DNA from: a virus
Lineage: Duplodnaviria > Caudoviricetes
Virus record (IMG/VR): IMGVR_UViG_3300032243_000455
Coordinates: 509-64,508 of that record
Length of the DNA stretch: 64,000 nucleotides
Direction: 5' to 3' (one strand)
A program made the translations under genes and the position numbers. Each line of letters begins with the position of its first letter. The first letter of the stretch is position 1. Below the pieces are notes generated by a model, which saw nothing but the letters and a program-made list of their open reading frames with translations, was not told the origin of the DNA and searched no databases. Below, in pieces: positions 1 through 8,780 of this stretch.

Positions 1-2
1 GA

Positions 3-395
3 AAAATTGAAGATGAGAAATTTGTTCTCAGCAACGAGTTAGGAGTAAAAATTTTCGATAACAAAGAAAGTTTAACTAAACAGTTTGGAAAAGATTTCTT
101 TATAGCTCGCATTATTAAAGAAAGTAATAATGCATTACCAAACGAAGTTCATGGTTATGCTACAAGTGTTGAACCGCATAATGCAATGTTTGACATACAG
201 AGAAAATTACCCCTGTTCACAAAAAGCAGCGATAGTAAAAGTTTATACTGTGCAGGATATTATGTTATCCGATTTGAAAAAGGTTGGGTTAAATCTTTTT
301 GTCCTAAGTTAATTACTCTACAACGGTACGAGTACAAAGGACCGTTTAAGACAGAACTTGAAATGAAACAGGTACTGAGTAATGTCAGTAAATAA
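3..395 (+). CDS. Hypothetical protein, 5'-truncated by the window edge
   Basis: The frame of the tracked 186..395 ORF is open back to base 3 (KIEDEKFVLSNELG...), so the gene starts upstream of the window; it overlaps the next gene. Confidence 0.7.
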   Translation, partial: KIEDEKFVLSNELGVKIFDNKESLTKQFGKDFFIARIIKESNNALPNEVHGYATSVEPHNAMFDIQRKLPLFTKSSDSKSLYCAGYYVIRFEKGWVKSFCPKLITLQRYEYKGPFKTELEMKQVLSNVSK

Positions 396-642
396 TATTC
401 CAAATAATCTACCAAGCGTAGAAAAACTAATGCAACGACTGGCTGTTGCTGAAAAAAGCCAACAACGTGATATCCGTATATCTATACAAGAAGGTCGTGA
501 ACTAGTTCAGGATTTAGCCATACTAACTGTTAAAATGTCTAAAACTGTACAGGAAGTACATGCTATGCTATCAGACATACGTGCTAATACACAAAATATC
601 GACGTTAAGTTTGACGGTGGCGGATTCGGAACACCGAGTTAA
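382..642 (+). CDS. Hypothetical protein (86 aa, helical)
   Basis: ORF overlapping the upstream stop in a co-oriented run. Confidence 0.7.
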   Translation: MSVNNIPNNLPSVEKLMQRLAVAEKSQQRDIRISIQEGRELVQDLAILTVKMSKTVQEVHAMLSDIRANTQNIDVKFDGGGFGTPS

Positions 643-647
643 AAAAG

Positions 648-654
648 ATAAATA
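648..654 (+). promoter_or_regulatory. T4-like late promoter motif ATAAATA
   Basis: ATAAATA in the intergenic gap upstream of 686; the same motif recurs before many structural genes. Confidence 0.55.
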
Positions 655-685
655 TATGCGTGGTTATTAAGAACCAGTATATATT

Positions 686-967
686 ATGAGTAGACCAAAA
701 CCTAAAGTAATGCTTGAACATGCAAATAAGGACACTTTTAAAGTAGAACAAATACTTGAAAGTGAAGCCATATGGGCTGTCTTTTATAAAGATCAACCTT
801 TCAATCTTAAAAGTGGTAGTCTACTGGCGAGTTATCCAGGTCCCAAATACAAGAAAGTAAGTTTTTCAAATCCAGGTCATGCACACAATCTTGCGAAGAA
901 ACTTAACAAAATATTTAAAACAACTGACTTTGCTGTTTATAAATTGTCGCAAGGCGAGAAACTATAA
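686..967 (+). CDS. Hypothetical protein (93 aa)
   Basis: ORF whose stop is coupled to the next start (TAATG). Confidence 0.75.
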   Translation: MSRPKPKVMLEHANKDTFKVEQILESEAIWAVFYKDQPFNLKSGSLLASYPGPKYKKVSFSNPGHAHNLAKKLNKIFKTTDFAVYKLSQGEKL

Positions 968-1365
968 TGTCTGACGCTAAGGATACCTATACTAGGGTGT
1001 TCTTGCAAGCAGCAGATAAAACACCAACTGAAGAAGAAATCAAAGCATTCAGAGTGCTTTGGTGGTTTAATGTTCGAACTAAAGATATCGGCGGACTTAG
1101 ACTAACCGAAGAAGGTATCAATTTCATCCGCAGTGTTGACATTAAAATATACGAAATCTCCCTTCCTAAAGAAAGTAAAATTACAGCCCAAACACTAATT
1201 TGGCTAGATCAATTTATTACATCCCCTTGGTATCTAACTAAAAAAACCATATCAGTATTGTCGGAAAAAGCAGCATTTGAATTGTACCTGTTTTCCGGTG
1301 ATATTAAAAAAATGGGCCATGCTAAAGCTATGAGTAAGCGGCTAGCCCAAGAATCACTTTCATAA
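967..1365 (+). CDS. Hypothetical protein (132 aa)
   Basis: ORF coupled to the upstream stop. Confidence 0.75.
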   Translation: MSDAKDTYTRVFLQAADKTPTEEEIKAFRVLWWFNVRTKDIGGLRLTEEGINFIRSVDIKIYEISLPKESKITAQTLIWLDQFITSPWYLTKKTISVLSEKAAFELYLFSGDIKKMGHAKAMSKRLAQESLS

Positions 1366-1383
1366 CCCCCGATAAACTACTAT

Positions 1384-1391
1384 TATAAATA
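1384..1391 (+). promoter_or_regulatory. T4 late promoter consensus TATAAATA
   Basis: Exact T4 late consensus 7 nt before the ATG at 1399. Confidence 0.65.
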
Positions 1392-1398
1392 TTTCGCT

Positions 1399-1668
1399 AT
1401 GATTGAACTCAATCCTCTTGATGTGCTAGGTTTACGTAAAATGGACAGGATTCCTCCGCATTTTTTTAAAACTGAGTTAAGAGAGGGTGAGATTTTCAAT
1501 CATGAATTAGAAGATTGGATTAAACTACGTCTTAAAGGTAGGTATAGTTTAAGACAGATTCCATCTGTTGATAAAGATGGTAAATTGAAAACTCCTACTT
1601 ATGTAGGATTTGAAGAAGAAAAAGAACTGACATATTTTATGTTAGCCTGTCCAAATTTAAGGAGATAA
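1399..1668 (+). CDS. Hypothetical protein (89 aa)
   Basis: ORF after the late promoter motif, with no Shine-Dalgarno. Confidence 0.7.
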   Translation: MIELNPLDVLGLRKMDRIPPHFFKTELREGEIFNHELEDWIKLRLKGRYSLRQIPSVDKDGKLKTPTYVGFEEEKELTYFMLACPNLRR

Positions 1669-1670
1669 TT

Positions 1671-1904
1671 ATGACAGATCAAACTACTGCACCAGCAGAA
1701 GAAATCACCGAAGTACAACAATCTGCACCGGCAGCTGAACAGCCAGCAGGTCCAGATCTCAATGTAAATGATTTAAATGCATTGAAAAATATCATCGATG
1801 TTGCTACGCAACGCGGTGCTTTTAAGGCAGCAGAAATGGAAGCTGTTGGTAAAGTGTATAATAGACTGAATACATTTTTAGAATCAGTCACTAAAAAGGA
1901 TTAA
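1671..1904 (+). CDS. Hypothetical protein (77 aa, acidic N-terminal tail)
   Basis: ORF preceded by AAGGAG. Confidence 0.8.
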   Translation: MTDQTTAPAEEITEVQQSAPAAEQPAGPDLNVNDLNALKNIIDVATQRGAFKAAEMEAVGKVYNRLNTFLESVTKKD

Positions 1905-1906
1905 AA

Positions 1907-2539
1907 ATGAAATCAATTAAGCACATCGGTAGAATGAAAAATACAGGGGCGAAAGTAATTGTAGTATTTAGAACATTACCTGGAGATTCAGGTTCTGCGC
2001 TAGTGTTAGGAACAACCACCCTAAGTGATTCATATCACGATGCGCTAATGGCTGTTCTAGAAAGTGATCAAGGACAAGATGTCAATGAGTTTGGTGAAAT
2101 CATGTACACCCGTATGTTTTCAGATGGGCGTCCAATGCTAGTAGCAATGCAACAAGATAATAGATTGCAAAAAGTTGCTACAGATAATGTTATCATGACT
2201 CCGACACCAAACGATAATGTTCCGTTAGACGAACTGAATGTTCTTATCGCTGGTCAAAAGAACATGGCCGTTGATGACCTCGCTGGCCTAGTATCCGGAG
2301 CTACCGCTTCAAAAGCAAGAGCCGAAGTTAAAGCTGTAGCCGAAGTAAAAGAAACTCCAGCACCAGTTAGAGCTCAAGCTTCTCAAAATGAAGCACTTTC
2401 CGATTTAGATATTGCTAAATCTTATCGCAGTCAGGCAGATGGCCTTTATAAAGAAGCAGCTCGTTTACGCAAACAAGCCGACGATCTAGATCCGCCAAAG
2501 AAAAAAGCTACCAAGGCATCTGAAGAAGCAAGTGCCTAA
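1907..2539 (+). CDS. Hypothetical protein (210 aa)
   Basis: Long ORF preceded by AAGGA. Confidence 0.85.
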   Translation: MKSIKHIGRMKNTGAKVIVVFRTLPGDSGSALVLGTTTLSDSYHDALMAVLESDQGQDVNEFGEIMYTRMFSDGRPMLVAMQQDNRLQKVATDNVIMTPTPNDNVPLDELNVLIAGQKNMAVDDLAGLVSGATASKARAEVKAVAEVKETPAPVRAQASQNEALSDLDIAKSYRSQADGLYKEAARLRKQADDLDPPKKKATKASEEASA

Positions 2540-2837
2540 GAAACTTTTTAAGCCGCCATTAAACATTGTAAAAGAGTGGCCGGAGGTATTTGAAGATATG
2601 TATATGAATACCATGCCGGTCGCTTACTTACATCTTGTTAAGTTAGAATTTAATAATGGCAGAATTTGGGAATTAAGAATTCCAGATCTTGTTAAAGAAT
2701 CCGATTCTGACACAGTGGCTGATAAGTTAGTTGAAATGTTTCAAGAATATCACGACGATATTAAAAACATTAATTTTGAAATCGATATTGAAAAATTAAA
2801 AAAAGATATTGCTAAAGAAACTAAAAAGTTCCTTTAA
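2532..2837 (+). CDS. Hypothetical protein (101 aa)
   Basis: GTG start overlapping the upstream stop; its stop overlaps the convergent minus-strand stop at 2834-2837. Confidence 0.75.
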   Translation: MPKKLFKPPLNIVKEWPEVFEDMYMNTMPVAYLHLVKLEFNNGRIWELRIPDLVKESDSDTVADKLVEMFQEYHDDIKNINFEIDIEKLKKDIAKETKKFL

Positions 2838-4102
2838 GCCTCCGGTTTGTGTTTTTCCATACGCCAGTTACGTCCTTTATCTTCCATCTTTTCGTGGGTA
2901 TAGATCTTATCTACTCTACTATGCGTTCCGCAGATGTTTGCACAATATGCCATCTTTCCGTCTTTACAACTAGGTTTAGTCCATGTGTCAGTAAACACTC
3001 TATCTAAATGATGACCTTCCATTATATCTTTTAATGAATGTAGATTTAGATCAAAATTTTCCCAGCCATATTTTCTTACTTCGTGATGCAATTGTAAACT
3101 TTGACTGTCGCTGTGAACACCGTTTAAATGCGTACCCATATAACAACATGCTATTACTCTGCCATGATTATCAACAAATATTTCTTTACCTTTAGACATT
3201 GTTTCTGCTTTGCATTTAATTACAGCATTATCCAATGTCGAATTATCTTCTCGTGCTAAAAGATCATAAACAGTATCTACACGTTTCCAATAACTAGAAT
3301 CCGCTGTTCTTTTCATTGCTTTTAGTTCCTTGTAGTTTTCTGGATTGAAAGGATAATAACGCATTTCAACAGGTCCAACTGGATTTTCTAAATTTCTGTT
3401 TTTTGGGTCTTCCGGAGCATCGATCCAGTAATCGAGTGTACCTTCTCGAGTAAGTGCCGGCATCCTAACTAAGTTTGTTCCGTTGTCAACACCTAGAGAC
3501 TTTTTAGGATAAAATTCAGCGAATCCCATTTTCTTTGATAATGCAATTGCTTCATCTATTTGGTGTTCGTTATGTTTAAAAATTAAATAATCCCAATTAG
3601 CATACCCGCCAGCATCTATAAATGCCTGTGCGTTGGCTATTAGTTTATCCCATTCTACATTTCTTCGATACAGGTGATTAGTATCTTCTAACCCATCAAT
3701 ACTCCAAGTAATTTCCCAGCGCCAGTGGTCTTGTCTTTGTTTAGCAAATAAGGCGCCTATCTTAGACCAAAATTCTGGTTTGCGCATGCCGCCGTTTGTA
3801 TTCATACGAACTGCTGTGTTGGGATTGGTTTCTGCAATATATTCGCAAATCTCGTATAGATCTTTAGCCATACCCGGATCTCCATGCACCCCGCAGAATA
3901 ATACAATTTCTAATTTTTTTATAACTTCCGGTGGAAAGTATTGTTTAAATTTTTCAATAGTAATTTGTTCTATAATTAAGTCTGGTCGAATTAAAGGACT
4001 ATTGGTGTGAAATCGTGTACACATAGTACATGCAGCATTACAGGCGTTAGTAAGCTCTATATGTATTTGTGTTAGTTCGTCATAATTAAAAAAATTATTC
4101 AT
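2834..4102 (-). CDS. Radical SAM enzyme with C-terminal twitch/SPASM-like domain
   Basis: CxxxCxxC (CNAACTMC); WSIDG; C-terminal C...GRVIACC...C...CANIC auxiliary-cluster pattern. Confidence 0.9.
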   Translation of the reverse strand: MNNFFNYDELTQIHIELTNACNAACTMCTRFHTNSPLIRPDLIIEQITIEKFKQYFPPEVIKKLEIVLFCGVHGDPGMAKDLYEICEYIAETNPNTAVRMNTNGGMRKPEFWSKIGALFAKQRQDHWRWEITWSIDGLEDTNHLYRRNVEWDKLIANAQAFIDAGGYANWDYLIFKHNEHQIDEAIALSKKMGFAEFYPKKSLGVDNGTNLVRMPALTREGTLDYWIDAPEDPKNRNLENPVGPVEMRYYPFNPENYKELKAMKRTADSSYWKRVDTVYDLLAREDNSTLDNAVIKCKAETMSKGKEIFVDNHGRVIACCYMGTHLNGVHSDSQSLQLHHEVRKYGWENFDLNLHSLKDIMEGHHLDRVFTDTWTKPSCKDGKMAYCANICGTHSRVDKIYTHEKMEDKGRNWRMEKHKPEA

Positions 4103-5312
4103 CGTTAAATCCTATAATTTCTGCCCACTCTGGAAATGTTTTTACAAAATCTTCTTTACGATATGCATCGTGAGTTTTGATTGTTTTTTTAAATTGGGCC
4201 CAATGCTGTGGATTATGCTTTCCAACTTTAATAAAATTGATTACTCCTGGTAAAAAATTCTGCCATACTTCATAATCTTTATCAATCGCTTCTAATTTAG
4301 GAATTAATTTTTCCTTAACATCTTCTGGTATGTAAGATATGTTATAATGTTGTGGGCCGTGAACTAAATTTAAATATATCCCAAAATCGCTAAATTCTTT
4401 ATAAAAAGTATCTAATAATTCTGGAAGATAAAATATATTCATATTGCTTATTGTATGGCACCAACTAATATGTATATCATGATGTGTTTTTGCAAACTCT
4501 CTAGCCTTGACCATATTTTCTTTAGCTTCTTCCCATATTGCTGGGTTTCTAATATATTCAAATTTATCGTCAACCCCATCTATACTAAAATTTAAATTTA
4601 GATGTTTAAAGTGTTTTAACACTTCAATATTTTCTGTAGGCCAATGAGTAGCATTAGTAGCATAGTGAACTTCAATATCTTTACTGTATCCCTTGTCAAC
4701 TGCCATCTGTAATGTGCGCCACATTTTTTTGCTCATAAAAGGCTCGCCACCATAAAAATCAAACTGCTTAATAGTGTGCAGATTTTGTTCTAGATCATCC
4801 CAGAACGGACTCTCATCGTCGTATGTTTGATGATACCGCTTCATATCTTGAGCATATATTTTAAACGTGGTATGATGCGGCATCTCATGTTTATATACGT
4901 CATAGTATTCTTGCATCCATGTACTACTACTATACGGAGCACAGGTTCGACATTTTAAATTACAGGTATTTCCAAGATTTAATTCAAATTTAGCAAGGCC
5001 AGTAAAGGGTTCGCCGTCTCTAGAAAGATGCCCTAAGTATTTTTCATTATCTCTCAAGCGTTTGCTTTTACGGCCTGCATCTTCTTCTTCCCAGCATAAG
5101 CGACATCTAGGACTTCTAATACCTGCTTGTAAATCTTTACGTATATCTATAAAATCAATTTTTTGAAAATTTTCTTGTATAGTATTGCTATTAAGAGTCA
5201 TTTCTCCTGTATTTTCAATCATACAGCAAATTTTAGTGGTGCCATTATTATTGCCGCTCATTGCGTGATCTGCGTTAACGCACCAAGATTGTTTGTTATT
5301 TTCGTTCATCAT
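4095..5312 (-). CDS. Radical SAM enzyme with N-terminal Cys-rich (twitch-like) domain
   Basis: CNLKCRTC, GGEPF, FSIDG; N-terminal WC...GTTKICC...CRLCW. Confidence 0.9.
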   Translation of the reverse strand: MMNENNKQSWCVNADHAMSGNNNGTTKICCMIENTGEMTLNSNTIQENFQKIDFIDIRKDLQAGIRSPRCRLCWEEEDAGRKSKRLRDNEKYLGHLSRDGEPFTGLAKFELNLGNTCNLKCRTCAPYSSSTWMQEYYDVYKHEMPHHTTFKIYAQDMKRYHQTYDDESPFWDDLEQNLHTIKQFDFYGGEPFMSKKMWRTLQMAVDKGYSKDIEVHYATNATHWPTENIEVLKHFKHLNLNFSIDGVDDKFEYIRNPAIWEEAKENMVKAREFAKTHHDIHISWCHTISNMNIFYLPELLDTFYKEFSDFGIYLNLVHGPQHYNISYIPEDVKEKLIPKLEAIDKDYEVWQNFLPGVINFIKVGKHNPQHWAQFKKTIKTHDAYRKEDFVKTFPEWAEIIGFNDE

Positions 5313-6660
5313 AATTATTGTATGTATCCTTGCATAATGCGTAGAAATCTGTGTATTCTGGAAATGTTTTTAGTAGATCAGTTCCTAATCGTTTGTCGTT
5401 TTCCGTAAAGAAACTATAAAAATCTCTACGGCCTGCTTGAATTTTTTCAGCAGGTACTGTTTTTGCCTTCATATAATCGGTAACACGAAGGAATTTTTCA
5501 TATTCGACATCAGTAAACCATTGCTTGTTATCTAGAATATATTTTAAAGTATTATCCATATACACAATAAAATCATCTGTTAGAATATTAATCATCCAAT
5601 GTGGAGGTTCTTTTAGATATGGCGTGTCAAATGCTACTGCGTTCATGCCATATTCTTTACGCCATTCGATAACTTTTTCTAGGAGACTTTGAAAATTTGT
5701 TACACATAACACATTAAAAGTACACATCAGATTAACAGTTGCGCCGGTGTTAATAACTGCTTTCATATTGCGTTCCCAATGACCGCATTCCAACCCTGTA
5801 CGCATATATTCTGCTTGTTCTCCCCAACTGTCTATGCTGGTAAAGAAACTAAATTTACGAATTTTCTTTTGTTTAACTAGACTAGTAACTCTAGCAATTA
5901 ATCGGTCTACACGATCAAAGGTCACACCTAGATTACTGTTTAGTGTAATTTCTAAATGCGGGCTTGGTTCGGTTTCTAGTAAATCAAAAAATTGCATCGC
6001 TCCTGGATTCATTAGAGGTTCACCGCCGGTTATGCGCAGAGTATGCAGGTCATTTTTAAGACTTGGCCACCAACGCCAAAACGCTTCGATATAGGGATTT
6101 TCATCTTTAGGACCGTAGTATGTACCGTTGGTCATAAACTCGATGCCGTACTGATTATATGTTAAGTCATAGTTACCGTGTTTCTTGATCTCTTCGGTCC
6201 ACATGGTACTTGCTTGTGGACAGCAATATCCGCAACGATAGTTACAGCCGTTACCAAAGCTGACTTCCAAGTAGCGTGGATTGATAGGAGCGTCCCACGG
6301 TAAATCTGCAACAGTATCAATTAACGGTACACTAAAATCACTGGCACTGTGTATCATGCGATCGCTGATATGTTCGCCTTCTAGGTCCTCAATATTCCAG
6401 CAATATTGGCATTCGTCCGGGCGTTCACCTTCAAGCATTTTTTTACGCTGTTCTTTTTTCCACTTTGTGTTATGCAATGCACTTGCATCGATAACAATTT
6501 CATCCAAGCCGATATGGTGCGGACGTGGATGATAGCAACTATGATTATCACCGGTGTGAAGATATAGTGTTTGATGCAACCATTTCATTGTACAGAAACT
6601 AGGACTAACTGCATTCAGTTTGTCTCTAACTAATTTAATATACTCTATGTTATGCGCCAT
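5296..6660 (-). CDS. Radical SAM enzyme with N-terminal Cys/His-rich domain
   Basis: CNYRCGYC, TGGEPL, TSID; N-terminal FCTMKW...HSCYHP...CQYCW. Confidence 0.9.
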   Translation of the reverse strand: MAHNIEYIKLVRDKLNAVSPSFCTMKWLHQTLYLHTGDNHSCYHPRPHHIGLDEIVIDASALHNTKWKKEQRKKMLEGERPDECQYCWNIEDLEGEHISDRMIHSASDFSVPLIDTVADLPWDAPINPRYLEVSFGNGCNYRCGYCCPQASTMWTEEIKKHGNYDLTYNQYGIEFMTNGTYYGPKDENPYIEAFWRWWPSLKNDLHTLRITGGEPLMNPGAMQFFDLLETEPSPHLEITLNSNLGVTFDRVDRLIARVTSLVKQKKIRKFSFFTSIDSWGEQAEYMRTGLECGHWERNMKAVINTGATVNLMCTFNVLCVTNFQSLLEKVIEWRKEYGMNAVAFDTPYLKEPPHWMINILTDDFIVYMDNTLKYILDNKQWFTDVEYEKFLRVTDYMKAKTVPAEKIQAGRRDFYSFFTENDKRLGTDLLKTFPEYTDFYALCKDTYNNYDERK

Positions 6661-7360
6661 TGTTTAACCTTTTAATTATATCAATTTGCCCAGATGTTTG
6701 GTTTTCTATAAATTCTACTACTATTTTAACCAACTCATCATGTATCGCTTGGTCACCTATATGATTAGGACGCTTATCTTGCTTTTGAAAATAATGTACG
6801 ACCTTGTCTGGCGATTTAAAATCTGCCACTTCTTTTTTTGAAAAATATATTAATGCAGGTTTAATTTCATTTTCAAATGTATCTGAATAATAATATTGCT
6901 GGTCAGTTATATCTATCAGCATTGAATCTAACCAATTAAAGTTTTCTCGTGGAACTTCGACATATGCTGACGGAAAGGACCAAAAAAATAATGCTTTTAG
7001 ATTTTTTTCTGTTATTGTGTTTTTAACTTCACTCATATAAGTCTTTTCTTGAAGCATAGATAGTGTTTTGTTATAGAAATTTGCATAATACAGCTTATAA
7101 ATTTTTTCGTCTTTAGTAATTCCAGGATTTACATAAAATCTACTCGGATCTGACCATCCAAAAAGTATGATATCATCAGGAGTAATATCGTCAATGTATT
7201 TTAAATAATTTAAATATATTTCATGATTACTTGCTCCACCGACAGCAGTATTGATAACTTCAGGATATTTTGCATGCAACTGCACAATCCAGCCGGAAGT
7301 ATTATTATCTTCAACCCATCGAGAAAAGAAACTATCCCCAAAAATATAAATCTTAGACAT
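6650..7360 (-). CDS. SGNH/GDSL-fold hydrolase or acyltransferase-like protein
   Basis: IYIFGDSF (block I), AVGGASN (block II), DKRPNH near the C-terminus; start moved to MSKIY (7360), coupled to the upstream stop. Confidence 0.65.
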   Translation of the reverse strand: MSKIYIFGDSFFSRWVEDNNTSGWIVQLHAKYPEVINTAVGGASNHEIYLNYLKYIDDITPDDIILFGWSDPSRFYVNPGITKDEKIYKLYYANFYNKTLSMLQEKTYMSEVKNTITEKNLKALFFWSFPSAYVEVPRENFNWLDSMLIDITDQQYYYSDTFENEIKPALIYFSKKEVADFKSPDKVVHYFQKQDKRPNHIGDQAIHDELVKIVVEFIENQTSGQIDIIKRLNNGA

Positions 7361-8780
7361 CTTGATCCTCACATCTATTCCAGAAATTTTCTAATTCAGG
7401 AAATACTTTTAAAAAATCTGTATTGCGTCTACGATCGTGTTCTGTAAAAAATTTATAGAAATTCGCCATACCGCGTTTTTTGTTGAATCCAGTATCAGAA
7501 TTAATCCAATCAATTAATCGTTGGACCTTACTGATTTCAAAATCTTTAAAACCTTTATGTCTATTCCATCGACCTTCTTTATTTTGAATCATAAATTTCA
7601 TAGTCCTTTCTAGCTCGCTAACTAATTCAGGAATTAATTTAGGATTTAAATAATCCGGATCTTGTAGTTGAGGGATATCAAACCAAACTAGTTGTCTATC
7701 TTTATTATATTTTTTTCGTAATGCTAAAATGTATTCCATATATGAATATATCCCGGTATAACTTAAAGCATTGAATGTGATAATAAATGTTAAACTATGT
7801 TTTCTACTGTGTTTTAAATACATCCTAATATTTTTATTCATCTGTTCAAAGTCTAAGCCATTACGGATATACTCACCCTGAGCTCCGATATTGTCTAAAC
7901 TACAGAATAACATAAAATGATCGATAGCCTCTGCGTCAGTGAGTTCTTTAAGACCCCAAAAGAATTTATTCCACTGGTCACCAGGAGGACAACAATTACT
8001 AGTAATACTTAGATGCAGATCTTCTTTAGGGTGCTGTTTAACGTATTCAAACATACGGAATGTATTTTTATCCATTAACGGTTCGCCACCTGTCATACGG
8101 AATGTATGCAATGTTGGATATATATCAGGCAACCATTCCCAAAAGGCTTTTACATAAGGATTATCAGGACTGTTGTCTATTGGCATTTCATTCTGAATCC
8201 ACATAATATCATTATGCTTTCTATCAGCTAATACATACGGGCCTTCTTTTTTAATTTCGTCCATCCAGGCTGTACTTAGGTGAGGACTGCAATAGCTACA
8301 TTTAAAATTACAGGCCTGATTAAAATTTACTTCTACATATCGCGGATTTGCATTTCCTTCAGCACCAACTAACAGTGCTTCTTCGATGATTCCATCTTCC
8401 CATACATCTTTGCTACGATATGCACGATCACTAAGTTGATTTCCGCTATCTTCGATTTGCCAGCAAAATTCACATTCAGAGGGACGAATCCCACTTAACA
8501 TTAATTTACGTTGAGTCTTTTTATGTTTTGTATTGTGTAAGGCACTTACGTCAATAACTACCTCTTCAAGAGGAATTGCATGAGCCCTGGGATGATAACA
8601 ACTGTGAGTACGACCTGTTGGAATATGGATACTAACATTAAACCACTTGGCCAAACAGAAGCTAGGACTTACTTCATTTAATTCTTTATGAACAAATTCG
8701 GCATCCATCATGTAGTGGGTTTGATATTGCCCGTCTACTTTTTTAACTTCGTTTCCTTTGATGTTTCTATTGAATTTCAT
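7353..8780 (-). CDS. Radical SAM enzyme, paralogue of 5296..6660
   Basis: CNFKCSYC, TGGEPL; N-terminal FCLAKW...HSCYHP...CEFCW. Confidence 0.9.
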   Translation of the reverse strand: MKFNRNIKGNEVKKVDGQYQTHYMMDAEFVHKELNEVSPSFCLAKWFNVSIHIPTGRTHSCYHPRAHAIPLEEVVIDVSALHNTKHKKTQRKLMLSGIRPSECEFCWQIEDSGNQLSDRAYRSKDVWEDGIIEEALLVGAEGNANPRYVEVNFNQACNFKCSYCSPHLSTAWMDEIKKEGPYVLADRKHNDIMWIQNEMPIDNSPDNPYVKAFWEWLPDIYPTLHTFRMTGGEPLMDKNTFRMFEYVKQHPKEDLHLSITSNCCPPGDQWNKFFWGLKELTDAEAIDHFMLFCSLDNIGAQGEYIRNGLDFEQMNKNIRMYLKHSRKHSLTFIITFNALSYTGIYSYMEYILALRKKYNKDRQLVWFDIPQLQDPDYLNPKLIPELVSELERTMKFMIQNKEGRWNRHKGFKDFEISKVQRLIDWINSDTGFNKKRGMANFYKFFTEHDRRRNTDFLKVFPELENFWNRCEDQDV

